Assembly: GCA_043228905.1 (NCBI GenBank)
Contig: JBHGNT010000002.1
Location: 496,001-560,000 of the forward strand
Length of the DNA: 64,000 bases
From: Azolla caroliniana
Lineage: Eukaryota > Plantae > Polypodiophyta
Direction: 5' to 3'
A model generated the notes under the pieces. It was not told the DNA's origin and ran no database searches. It saw only the letters and a list, made by a program, of their open reading frames with translations. Shown one piece after another: positions 50,727 through 64,000 of the stretch; the first letter of the stretch is position 1, and each line of letters starts with the position of its first letter. Position numbers and translations under genes: made by a program.

Positions 50727-53700
50727 TTATTTTTCACTGGTTGATTTGACTGGAAAAGATAGTCTTTTTAAAGAGTAGCGACCTGATGCAGATCCTGAAA
50801 CAGAAACACGTGTAACTTAGTCTGAGTACTCTTAATGGAGAGGACAAGTCTTCTGATTTGTGATTGAAATCCAAATCTGCTCACCTCTTGTCTGCTGTGG
50901 AACACTTGATGTAGAGGGAGTCCTGTGATATCTAGGTAATTTTAATACCAATGTATGCATTCAACAATGTGTTCATGGTAGGAAGAATAAGTGATCATTT
51001 TAGATGATACCTTTGATTTGTTCGCCTTTTTGATCTTGTACTCTCTTGTTGATTGACAGATTTTTGATCTGCCATACTCGATAGAGAGGAATTTGATCCA
51101 GCTTGTGAAATGTCTCCTTCCGAGATCTCACTCATTGTGTCCAGGTCCTTAACTTCTAGATCCTCATCCTCAACATCACACTTCCTTTCACTGGAAGTGG
51201 GCAAGCCTCTGGTTGACACTTCTGATACAGGAAGTTCAGAGACACCTTCATTGTTCGTATGGAGTACAGAATGAGAATCCGTTTTTTCTGAGTCCCAAGA
51301 ACAGTATGCATCATCAACAGATCCTGCTCCCAATAGAGAAGAATCTGTGCTACTCCGTAACCTATCCCTCCATTCTCTTGATGGTGATTGAGATTCACAT
51401 TCTACAGCTTCCTCAACATCTCTTAACGTTTCTGCCTCCTCTGTACTAACACCTAATAATTTCAACTGGCTGAAAGATGACTCATTCCAGGAACTGCTGG
51501 ATGGAGCTTCTGGTCTGAGTTGTCTTAATGAGGATGTATGTGAAGGTGCTGTAATCTCGAAGTCTCGTGGGGGCCTTCCTGTCAGACGCTTCTGTAGAAA
51601 TCATAAACGTGAAAAGTTAGCATGTGGCAAACTGTAAAGGTTTTTTTCGCTGTAAAATTGAATGACTTCCTGTTCATTTTTAGATATTGGATTTGTTATG
51701 ATGAGAGGCCCATGTATCATCATTCATCATCCAAAATGCATTATTATACATGTTAGGATGTTTGACCACATCCATGACATATATGCTCCTTACAGTCAGA
51801 TACAGAGAGCATTCTGTTTAAGTTACCCAGTAGAACGATGTCCTGCCTTTTGAACAGGCTACAATTACCAAATATGTCAATCAATTAATTGCTAAGATAA
51901 TGAGCATACTCTCCCAAACTATATCAAGTAGGAAGAATCTCCTATGTTAAAACAGACAATGTGATCGGCAATTTTAGGGAGTAACATATGTACCCACATG
52001 ATGACATATGGACAAACTGAGCAACCAGACCAATCCAAAAACAATTATGCATAGAAGAGAAAAGCTTCTATGCATTTATCTATCCAACTTCAAGAGATGC
52101 AAATTTAAAAGTCGCTCGTCACTGCATTCAACCTTGAACATACAGCATATGTCTTGACACAACTAACTTGAAGAGCTACTTAACTCCATAGGCAGACATT
52201 GCCCAACAGAGAGTCTAGCAATGTTCAATTCCTGTGCAGTTCCATCGGTATTTTTGACCACCAATAGATATAACATAAAGGTTGTCTCTTACGGCACCCC
52301 CAGAAATCTGTTACTTACTTCTTTGAGCACAACCATGTCGATGGTTTGCCTCCGTTGTCCATCTAGTAAGGTTTTCTGTGAAGAAGCAACAGCCATTTTG
52401 GCTTTTGATATTGCTATGACCTCATTACTGCTACTTTTCATTGCTTGCAGGCGGAAGATCTCCGAGTCTTTTCTTGCTATCTGATCTTTTAGCAATGCAA
52501 CCTGCAAAGAGCGCCACAGAAAATAAAAATTTGTCTGTATATTTACAGTATGATGGAATCTTAAGAGTTATATTAAGTGAAAACATTTTGTAAATGAGGA
52601 TTATTTGCTAGAACAATATTTTGGTGCAAATTGTTTTGCCAGAACACGAACACTCTGCTCCTGCATGATCTTTCGTAGTAGTTGATGACAATATTTGGTC
52701 CTAAGATGCAATAAAGCTTCAAAGGAAGGGAAATGGTACAATGATATCCAAGGGGAGATAGCATGCCTGTTCTTTCAAATCACGTAAGTCTCTGCTCTCT
52801 CTATTGCTCCGTGCAGCACCAAGCTCAACTGATGCAGCACGTTCTGCAAACTTTAGAGTGCTCATTGTTTCCCCATAAGATTCCACATCCGGGCTTATGT
52901 GCACAAACATAAGTGTCTTCGCCTGTCCACCTATTGACCAGAATTTGAAACACAAATGAAAACATTTGAACAAAGAAGTGTCTGGACACCATATAGTAAA
53001 ACCAAACAAAATGTAAGAAAAATGCAAACCTAGAGAATCTTGAAGAAGTTGAGTTAACTTGCTATTTCGATAGGGTACATGGGAATTCTTCTGAGCAAGG
53101 GCAGAAATGACATCCCCAAGTGCCGACAAACTCTTGTTAATATGCTGAGCTTCTTTTAACCTATCTCCCCTAGCTTCTGATCTATCTACTCTTTCACTTC
53201 CTGCAAGATCCACGAGATGTAGGCATCCATGCAAGACAGAACCTGTGGCTAGCTCTAAACCTCGTACATGCACTGTTAACACACTGCAAAGTAGCATCCG
53301 TTCTGTAAGTGAGGAAATAGATCAATAAAAAACGCACAAGATAGGACATTTACAAACCTATGTGAACGACTGCTACGTTCATTTAATGCAGTTGCCCCAA
53401 CAGCCCTGTTCTTTTGGCCAATCTTCATGAGCTTAAGGACATCCTCAGTGGAATTCACAGGTAGCATATAAGCATCAGGTACATTGAGACCATTTAGTTG
53501 AGAATTGTTTCGTATCTCCAATGTAACAATATTAAGGAAGACAGCAGATGAGCATGTCAAATTCAATTCTCATATCAAACAACTAGTATAAACAAATTAA
53601 CTTAGCAAGGAAAAATTAGAGGATATTTCCTGTTCGAACTATCTATAAATAGGAGATCCCGCACTTGCTCATTATAGATTTCAATCATTTGGACACCCAC

Positions 53701-56700
53701 TTCATAGCTGATGACGTCTTTTCTACTCTGAGATATATGGAAAAGATCATCAAGAGCTCGATAATTCACACCCCAATCTTCCTGTGAAATGCTGTTTGGG
53801 CCACTCTAGAAAAATAGTTCACAGATAAAAATGTAAGACATATATATTCAAATGTTTTAGTTAATCTTATGGAAATTTCTTCACCAGAACTGACCATGGT
53901 GTATGTTTTCCCTGACCCTGTTTGACCATAGGCAAATATGCAGACATTGAAGCCATCCAAAACAGACCTTATCAAAGGTTGTGTATCCAAGAAAACTTCC
54001 TCTATAATCTCAACAGATGTTGGCATCAAAATCAAATTATTTATATTGATTCTATGGGTATATTAACTAGCTTCAAAATAAGACGTTTGTGTCACCTTGT
54101 GTTACGGCAGGTCCAAAAATCTTATTGAAGCTGAAGATCTTGTTGCCATCCTTCGGTTGCGGTTTGAGGGGATTATGTATAATCAGGTCACCATTATCCC
54201 CTACAAAGTCCACAGTAGTGTGCTTTGAGATTTGGCCTGGAAGGAAAGGTCTGATCCTACAATAAACTCTAATGTTCCCTGACAAAGAGTATCAACATCC
54301 AACATCAGATTTTGACATGAACATTTTATTTAATTTGGACATTGTTGGCAATTCACCTTTCAAATCCTGAACCTCATTGTATAACTGTCGATTATCTGCC
54401 AAAACTTGATGATAGCTTGAAGCAGCATGTACCAATCCCTGTAGTTGTTCCTCTTAAGGTCCAATATTTAAGCACGGAAACGGGGTCAGTACATCCTTGT
54501 TTAAACATGGCTCAAAATTTTCACTTCTGAACTTCAGGCAAGCAAATAGATCTAATGTGGCTGTCCTTACCAAGTTCTTCTAGATTTTCTCGCCATGCAG
54601 GTGGGAGACATAAAACTGTTTCTCTCACTGCATGCAATTCCCTTTTTACATCCTGAAATCATCATAAAAATTCAATATATTTAGCATATCAGGTCACTTT
54701 CTGTGAAGTGTTTTATGCACACTATGAGCTTTTCAAGGACAACCTATTTGTCTTTCAGAGTCTCAAGTGCCCTACCTAGATTTGTGATACCCTAGAAGTC
54801 TAGTTTATCTAGCACCAAGAACTACTATTTTTAGATTTCTTACCTGAAATGATTTTAATTGCGACACAACAAAATACTGATATTGCTCATGCTTTCTTTC
54901 AAGTGTTTTTATTTCAACAACTGAATTTGCCTCCAGTTCCTCTACTTTCTTCTGCGCTTCTTTCACTCGAGCTTCACGTTCACTCAGCTCAACTTGAAAT
55001 CTCTGCTCCATGGCATGCTTTTCAAGGTCTAGCTGCTCAAATCGTTCATGATCAGTCTGCTTGACAAAATCCAACTCTTTCTTCAGATTCTCCACAAGCA
55101 TATCTTTCTCTTCTATTTTCTTCAACAACTTTCCCATCATGATCTCCTTTTCGATCTTCTCCTCTTCAGCTTGCTGTTTTTCTATCTGTATATAGTATGC
55201 AAAATTTACATAAATTACAGAAACTGTCAACACTAAATAATAATAAAAGGTAAGCCTTTAATGTATGGGCATTGGGCACAAATATTTGACCTATGTAAAT
55301 TCTCAATTTCCACGGACATGTACAGTGTGCACTCTAAACAGACCAAGGATTTATGGAATATGGGTATGGGATCGTCCATTGGCACTGGACATTTCACATT
55401 TGACTTAGAATTCTAAATGTCCATGGATTATGTAGGATATATGCTCCAAATTAATCAAGATTGTTGGATGACTTAGAATTCTGCAGTTAGATAGAACGGA
55501 AAAGAATATCAATAGAAGTGGCCACTATTGTGCATAGACTCATTCATTGCGTTTCCAGAAGTCTTAATCTTGGACAAGAGCACGTCTGTTTATGAGTCTA
55601 TTTCTTGGAGTAGGAGCACACCTCTGTATCTTTCAAAATCATGTTGACTCTTAAATGTTACTATCTCAAAAGAAAAATGAGCCCTTCACATCCATCAAAA
55701 TAGGAAGCTTCATAGAGTAGAATCCACCTTTATAAATTCTCCGACAGTTAGATCATTCTCTTCTTCTACTTTCTTCCAAACATCAAACCAATCCACTGCT
55801 TCCAAAAAGTTATTCAACAACCCAGCTTTTACGGCACCTTCTCAAATGGTCATAAGAAGTTTAAAAAGAGGATATAATGTTGATTGGTACAACAAATAAA
55901 TTAGAACCCAGTTTTCAGGTAGTTCAGCAACTTAGGCAACAAATCCAACACTCTGTTGGTCAACTGTGGATAAGAGAAGTTAGCCTTGTCCACTATGAAG
56001 TTTGAACCATCAAAATAGCACCCATAAAGTGAGTACCCGACAGCAATTTTTCTGATATCCACTACCCCATGTTGGACTTAATCCGCACATTACAACTATA
56101 CAACTCACAAAAGAAAACAGCATCACGCATTGGGAACTAACCTTTATTTTTTGAAGTTGGCTGGATACAATCTGCAAAACAAGGATGTGTAAGATATTGT
56201 ATATTGAAAATCAGTAATATCCTGTAAATATTTGTATTTTAGGGTCACTAAAAATTCAATGAAATTTTACTTTTTGAAACTGATATAACCATTGATAAAT
56301 TATATTTTGAGCATGTGTTAAAGTATATTTGAAACCAGTAAAACATTGAAAACTCTTCATCTTAGAATTATGAAGAACTAGCATATATGTAATTGATTGT
56401 TCCAGATGACGAAGAGATCAATTGCAGCAAACTTGAGAGTTCTCTTTACCTTGACCTCCTCTCCAGCCCCTGTAACTAGCGTCTCTAATATTTCCGCTCT
56501 CATCGCAAGTTTATCTTCCCGCAGCATATGCTCTTTCAACATGTTTTTGAGCTAATAAACAGGAGTCAGCTGAATGATTACAAATCACTATCCACAAACT
56601 CCACATGTCATTAGAACATAGTTTTTACCTTTACTACTTGCTCGTTCTGCATCGCAAGACGCCTTTCAAATTCTTCTAGCACCTTCTTGAGCATACACTC

Positions 56701-59238
56701 TACAACCTAACAGAATAACAAATATTAGACAACACAACATATGAATAACTGCTTGAAGGGAACAGTCCCAAAACCATTGAAAGCTTCCGCAATCAAAACA
56801 AGACTTACTCCAGCAACCTCTTCTTGGTTGTTCTCTGCAACTACATTGGAAACAAGGCCTACGAGTGACTGTGAGGGGAAATTCTGATGGATGCACAGAA
56901 GAGATCGTCATGACCATAGCACATCCCAAAAAATGGTCAGTATAAAATGACAATATTCCAATTTCTTACATCAAGACTGTTCAGTACTGTTGGCTGCTCA
57001 GTTGACTTCATCCTCAAAATTTCACGAAATTTATGAGTAATTTGTTGTATTTTCACTGAAGTCAACCCTGCACTAAACAAGTTATATTTTATTGAAATCA
57101 AGTGGCTCAAAGAATGAACCTTGCCCACTAATAGAAAATGCACTGTCACATGCATGGAGCACTGTACATCACAAAAATGCTGCAAAGAAAAGTGAATATG
57201 ACCTGTCCCAGGTTGGCCAGATATGGGGACAAAATTTTCATCTGCCACATAGGAGTCACGCTCATACGACTTTGGTGGTGTGACCATAGTGGTCTTATAT
57301 GCATCATCAATGATATCAGATTCTGGGATGGCCCATCTCTTTCGGGGCTGAGGAACTTTTTTGGATGAACCAGCAACATGGGTTGTATTTTCAATGTGCA
57401 AATGTCTCTGGTTGCCAAGAGAATGAGTGAATTCATCGTGTATCTGAACATTACGATCTTTTTCTTGCTTAGATTCAGAATACAACAGAAAGGAAAGAAG
57501 GCAATCTACAACCCTTTCGCAAGATGATGATCTATCACTGCCCTGAGAAAACAATACCAAAATCTGAGAGCCAAATACAAAAGTAAAAGAGAAGGATAAC
57601 AAACCACTACTCATGAAAATGTATTTGATAGTTAAAAACCACCAGATGTTCTCTCTGAAGGTCATGAATTCCCCATCGTTTTACAAAAGTTAGTCAAACA
57701 GTTGGAGTCCCTAGCATCTTATGATTCACTAACAAGGGGTGACATTTGGACTATTCATCTGACTAAAAGTGGTTCTTGACGTGCATTTTGGATATGATGA
57801 ACTTAGTTACTTAGATCATTAATGAATGTTGTTACAAGATATGTCAACTTGTTTTCGACATGTACATCACTACAGCAACTAAATTTAAATACCTAAAGCA
57901 TTTTGGTATCCAAGAACTCTCCGTTCATGAAAAATATGGTATCTACTTAGGTAACTATTGAGAAACTTTGGTAACTATTTCATGCATCAAAAGGAAACTT
58001 AGGTAACTGGTGGAAAAAAATTTGTGAACACTGATCCAACTTGAGACTCTATAGGCATTCAAAGAAGCAAGGTACCTGATAAAGGTCTGATGCTTCAAAC
58101 AATGGCAGTTTCAGCTCCGTTACAGTGGAAAGGAAGTTCATTACATTATCACTGGATTCCTGTGTTACAGTTTGTTACAGAACATGCATAAGTGGTGTTG
58201 TAAAACACACGTTATTCCAGAAATGTTGTGTCATAAACCCAAACATAATGGGCATTACTAAAGGAATGGCAAAGAATACCTGGAATGACAGAACATCAGG
58301 AACAACCTTGTTAAGGAGATTACAAAGAACGCTTCCATCTTGCAAGCCGCAGAGTAATTCCTCTTCAGAGGGATTCTGAGAGAAATTCAATGGTCCAATC
58401 ATGCGGTGGAGCCAAGAAGCTAAATAATGTCTTCTGCTAACTGTGCAATGGGAAGGGAATGTCATAATCAAATGAGCAAAAACTGCACAAAATCAGGCAT
58501 TAGAAAGAAAAACTGACAGATGCTGAAAAGCAGGAAAATACGCTACATCAACATAAGATCAGAATGGAAACTGGAACAATGCAGAATGGCAAAGGAAAAG
58601 TGATGAATATGATAGCATGCATCTACACGGATTACCATAAATGGCACCAAATAGCGGGCATAAAGACGAAAGAATATTTCCCGAATGGAATGGAAATGGT
58701 TTTAAAGCTGATGGTCGCATGAGCAGAAACGGCAAAAACGCATGATGGACAAATGCAGCAGCCAATAAGAAAAGAGAAGAATAAGAGCACACTCAACTTT
58801 CAAGTGAACAGAAACTGCAACAAAGTGTCTTCAAGAGATGGAATTAGAAGAGAATCGGGACGGACAGAGAAAAAGTTACGAATGAGACAACAGGCCATTA
58901 AAGAAAATGGACGCAATGCAGAAGCAAGCAACGGCAAAACTATTAGCAAACACGGAGGGGAACGGACAATGCGGAATAGTATGATATGGATCGAAGGCTG
59001 CTGCACCTGCTCTTTCCTTTCTGTCTTCTTCCTCCTCTTCTTCTTCTTCTTCTTCTTTATCATCTTCTGATCCTTCTTCTTCCTCTATTCCTTCATCTTC
59101 TTGATGAATCTCTACAACGACAGAGGCTTCATCATTCTCTCCCAATGCAGGTTCTGGTAGCTGATTCGCAGTCAAGGGATTAGACTCCATGGTCGAGGAA
59201 GCGGCGGGAGCAACCTCGAAATCCATTATTTCAGACAT
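50727..59238 (-). CDS. Kinesin-14 with N-terminal calponin-homology domain (KCH type), multi-exon
   Basis: Acidic N-terminus from ATG 59238 and a CH domain ([23 protein letters not shown]; LPLFEASDL; VVDCLL). Coiled coil, then motor motifs [70 protein letters not shown] Ser-rich tail ends at TAA 50729-50727. Confidence 0.93.
53523..53626 (-). other. U12-type (minor spliceosome) AT-AC intron
   Basis: Donor ATATCCTC, branch point TTCCTTAAT (53539-53531), acceptor AC. Splicing restores ...[12 protein letters not shown]. Confidence 0.9.
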
Positions 59239-59249
59239 TACTACTCTCT

Positions 59250-59408
59250 TTCTGTCTTTCTTTCTTTCTTTCTTTCTCTCTGTCTGTCTTTCTTTCTTTC
59301 TTGCTTGCTTCTCTCCTGAAGAAGAATTCTGATGCAATTTGCGGAGGCGCCCTCTCTCTCTCTCTCTCTCGCAATCTCTGTCTTACTCAATCTCGGAGGA
59401 GTTGAAAG

Positions 59409-59452
<44 letters not shown>

Positions 59453-59918
59453 TGTGGCGGAGTAGACGCCACCAAATTTGGCGAGGAGAAGCGCCGCCTC
59501 CGCTCGCTCGCTCGATCGCTGGCTACTCTGTTGTTCCTACAATTTATGTATGTATGTATGTATGTATGTATGTATGTATGTATGTATGTATGTACATAAT
59601 TTATATGTAATTATGTAATATGGTGTATGTGTACTTCTCTTTTGCTTCTTTCCTTTACTACATATGTACATACATAACTTACTACTATTACTACTTCTTC
59701 TATTTTTTACTCTATAAACAACTTGGTTGCGGTGATGTTTTCTCTTTTTTCTTTTTTTTTCTTTTTTTCTTTTTCCAAAAAAAACTCCTTCCATTAGTTA
59801 TTGTTTTCTCATTTTTCCTTTTCCCCCAAAAAATGTTTGCGGTGATTTTTTTATTTCCACTGCCAAAATTGATGGGAGTAATTAATTAACACTGAATGCA
59901 ACTTTCTGTTTTTCCGAA

Positions 59919-59961
<43 letters not shown>

Positions 59962-60068
59962 GTCCGGTTAATTATTAAAGTAGAAACTAAAGCAGGTCTC
60001 TCTCTTTCTTTCCCTAGAGTCTATACATACATTGTTGGTTGTCTATGATGTATGTATGTATGTATGTA
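59250..60068. repeat. Microsatellite cluster in the kinesin 5' UTR/promoter: (CTTT)n, (CT)n, (GA)n, (TATG)n
   Basis: Runs at ~59250-59300, 59352-59370, 59413-59447, 59546-59592, 59921-59959 and 60050-60068. Confidence 0.9.
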
Positions 60069-62559
60069 CATTGTTGGTTGCCTATAGCCCATTTTGTCCC
60101 TCGCATCGGTTTCACTCCTTGTATATATATTGTAATTTGTACATATACATAAGCACTCTTAGCTATGCTCGTTGTTACGTGTGTGCCCGATGAGAGAGAG
60201 AGAGACAGACGTGCCCATCAATGACCATCCATCTCCACATTGCGCACTTCTCACCCAACAAATCGTTCCTTCATTCATTCCTAACATTACTTCTAAGCCA
60301 TTTCTAATTCCCGCATCTTCTGTAGTTACGAGCTCATCATTTCCAATACGCTACGAGTTCGATGTGTGTGAAAAGGCTCGTCTATTTTGTGAAGGCTTTG
60401 TGTATAAATGAGCCTCGTATCCTATTATTCTTGGGAACGGGCCCAACAAGACTGTTGGAAAGCAACCACCTCCCCTATTGCAGTAGCAACGACCAGCGCA
60501 TTAATATTAATCACCAAGTTATTGTTAGTCTTTGCTTCCATGTGTTGGTCCTATTGCTCTTTCCCTCTTCTCTTGAACACGAGATTGGCACAAACAATAA
60601 AGAAGCTTAGCTTTTGTCATACCTTTCGTTGCCTTGCAATTGTTTCCTCTTTATTGGTAACTTCAATTTTGTCAAAGCATGTAGCATCGTGGAAGAATGG
60701 AGAGTGAAGGAGCCCATTGTTGACATTTTAAGTTGGATCATGTCACTGAATATAATGCATAGATAAATGCATCGAGTAGTCGTGTGAAGAGCATTGATAT
60801 TGTCCCTTTGTCCTTGTTTTCAAAATAAAAATTGTCATACTATGTATGGCCCCAAATGTTGAAGGTAAAGAATGTCATGCAATGTTGATAGTGCACTACT
60901 TTTTGTGGCCCCATGTGAATCCATACCCTTACCCATGATAAGCTAGGCCATGTAAAATGGATGCCTAAATTGATGCCCGTGAGGATAGAGGACATTTAAG
61001 TGGATGAATCTTCATCGTGCTTCTGCTTATAAGAAGAGAAAGTGGCTTCATGAAAAGGGCAAGATAAGGATATACATGTCATGGGCATATATGGACAATC
61101 TTAGGATGGTGATGGTTCTTTTGGTGTAAATTGCGTCATATTCCTTGTGCAAGGTATGTGAATTAGAGCAACTTCAATTGGGCAATAAGTGCGCTCCTTG
61201 GGAGTCAATGTATATGGGATAGCCCTTATAGATGCATTTGGAGACATCGAGTTAACATTTTTCTTTTGATGCTATTCTATGTATATGGAGAATTTTGATT
61301 CCATAGGACCTTAAGCTTCTTACGAGATATTCGAAATTTAAAAGCAGGCAATGGACATTGTGCTTTCTTAGACTTTAACTAGTTTGTGTTCTCGTTGATT
61401 CTCACCAATCAAGGCAAACTCAAGTTATTTTCGAGCCTTCTCATTTATTTATCGATAATGACTACATGGAAATGGAGATTGCACTAAAATGTTTGCACTC
61501 ACTTTCAGCGTTATGCTCTATTGGTTCCTGTTCGTTGCATGGTGGTGTCATAATTTGATGAAACTTTAGCACTTGTAGTCTCTATTACAACAATTATACG
61601 TTTGTGTTTAAATATTAATATTAACATAAACTTGCATGACTTACTTAAAAGAAGCATGCATAGTATTCCATGTTGGAATCGTGTACACTTTAATCAAGAT
61701 GAATGTAAATTTGTGAGTGAATTTGTTGTATTCTAGAGAGAGAGCACTTACACGGTATGGTTCTTTATTGTATAGCTACGAACGATGAATCAGGAGTTGT
61801 CATTCCATTTAAGCATCGTGCCTTGTTGTATGGGAAATAGATGGCACTTTGTCAACAATAACAATAGTATGCTCAATTGTTGGTTATACACACATGTTGT
61901 TTACTTAATCTATAATAATAGCGGATAGGCATCATGTTATTGCACATAATGTATAGTCAATGTAGCCTTTTAAAGAACCAAGTAGGTGCTCCAAAAGAAA
62001 TGATGATATTGATGCAAGAAATGATGTATTTTTTTACAAATACACAAGTAATGTGCATGATCTCAAACTAAAATCCTGAATACTAAAATTATGAATGCAA
62101 CATGTTCCAAACTAAAATGATACGTTTCTTTACAAATGCCACACCATTGAACTCATTGCTTGAGACTTGGAATACTGCCCAAAGCAGAAGCTTTGCCATT
62201 GGACCGTCGTGTTTGTATATACATATTTCAATCATACAACCTTGCATATCTATATACAATCATTCGTGGAAACATTTTTTATGATGAATAAAGGCAATCA
62301 TTAAATGTTTGTGCTTTAATCTGTACATATGTTTGAGAATCAACCAAATTACCTTTCGATGCGTAATATAATACAAGGTCACCCAAAAATACTACAAAAA
62401 CAAGGAGTTGAACACATGCACACATATAATACCCTTTTACTTTCATAAATGTTTATATTGGACAAGTTCAAAAGCTTTGTAGGTCACTGTTACTAATGTT
62501 TCGTAAGGCCATTCTCATAAGTATTGGATGTATGGCTTTGTAAAGAAATGCGATGCTTG

Positions 62560-63000
62560 CTTTGGCAACAAATTTTTGATCGTGACTTATAATGGGTTCT
62601 TATTCCTTACATGATATGATGGCAAGTGATTTTGTGCATTGTTGGTAGACGCTTTTGCAAGTAGCATCCTATTAAAGGTGAGCTCGCAATGAGGGGAATA
62701 TAAGGCTCAGAAAAGAGACGTATTACTTAGACAACAATGCATGATGGTCATAGAACCTTAGGGTTCATTATATTGAAAGAGACATGGAGAGAAATTTTAG
62801 GGGGAACATGGACTATTTTCATTTCTCCTCCTTGTTTTGTTCCTTGAACTTTGTGATTTCATCCTCTTGCTAATGCATAACTTCAAATGAGTCTTTAGTT
62901 GAGTTGTATCGAGGCTAGCAAAGGAGTGGATGGGCATAATAAATATACCCACGTGATTGTTTATAAATATGTTGCATGTGCATGCATGGCTAGGGGGTTA
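62560..63000 (+). mobile_element. Possible highly degenerate Ty3/gypsy RNase H-integrase remnant
   Basis: Faint motifs only: VDAFAS (resembling ADALSR), followed by a broken segment resembling the CHDG..H..T.R.IL integrase zinc finger. No open frame. Confidence 0.3.
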
Positions 63001-64000
63001 ATAGAGGTCAAATGGTGTCCAATCATACATGGTCACCATCTATTTTCATTATCCCCCAAGTAAAGTGGTTACAATTAGCATTCAACAATAATGGATGTGA
63101 TCCTTCATAAATGGGACATTCTAAATACGAAGCAAATTATACCATTCACATCATGTTGATGGACAAGGAAAGGATGGCCGACAATAGCAAGTTGCATAGC
63201 ATATCTATTCAACTCGATGCATTGGCATGTGAGATTTTTGACAAGATAGGATATTTCTCGCAATAAGATATCCAATTCGTCATCATTTGGTCAATGCGAT
63301 CATAATGTGTTGACATAAGTCAGAGATGACCAACAATGACACTATTGTGATGAGACACAATAATTATTGTCATAACATGCCAACACAACGCTGACGATGT
63401 ACCCACACGTGATTAAAAACCTTGAAATGAACATCGTCATCCGTTAGAACAACGACATACTTACATGCCTTATTATCCTCCATCTCATTTAGAGAATCAA
63501 CAAAAGGACCCTACATGGATTGATTCTCAGTTGTAAATAGAGAACTCAAACAACTATCGCGTAGATTATTTGTATGAGTAGCAAGCATTCATTTCATTAA
63601 AATGCTCATCATAAGGGACTACAATAACACTTGGTGAAAGCAAAGTTACAAATAAATTCAACAAAAGATATACGTAGATATCATCTTATCTCTTGGAAGA
63701 GCAAGACTCGATGTCCCTTTAATGAGATGGTGTTCTACGTGTCGCTCTCATATATAAAGTGGAGTTTTAGAAGGCAAATTATAACGATGTTCCAGGTAAA
63801 GGTAAATCGATAGATTGATCTCAACACTCGAAAGAAGAAAATACTAAATATCATATTTTCCCAAAAAAACTTGTGAACACCCACCCCTCATTTTGTCATT
63901 TTTTTTCCCCAAACGAGCTCTAGAAGGTAGATTAAATCGAATCATCTGCTATATAACGAATGCCACGCATGTGTGTGTTCATTCCAACCCTAACAAGCTG

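Noticed and set aside
59239-59337. Upstream extension of kinesin exon 1 (KKERKK...)
   Set aside because: Starts at TTG and reads through a (CTTT)n tract. It is probably 5' UTR, so ATG 59238 is preferred.
60400-61700. Possible decayed DNA-transposase sequence
   Set aside because: Only a compositional impression; no diagnostic motif or termini.

Overview
Eukaryotic land-plant nuclear DNA, most likely a fern. This is inferred from the style of the PLS-PPR gene, the long introns and the (TACA)n/(CT)n microsatellites. Six host genes are present: a PLS-E class PPR gene (runs off the left end), a 4x DC1/C1-like Cys/His zinc-finger gene, a 7-exon cystinosin homologue, an intronless glyoxal oxidase (GLOX/AA5), a 10-exon WDR4/TRM82 and a multi-exon CH-domain kinesin-14. 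The centre (22584-39993) is one nested transposon block. An old Ty1/copia element (TSD AGATT) carries a younger antisense copia (TSD GGCTA) inside its integrase, and two tandem APE-RT LINE copies inside the (CT)n tract of its 3' LTR. The most interesting signal is the LINE. Its ORF1, ORF2 and an extra 84-aa ORF3 all lie in one reading frame, separated only by single stops in readthrough-like contexts (TGA-CGG and TAG-G). It ends in a (CTTT)n tail and appears to insert into CT-rich microsatellites. A U12-type AT-AC intron and two GC-AG introns were also found. Exon boundaries were read by eye, and no database searches were run.
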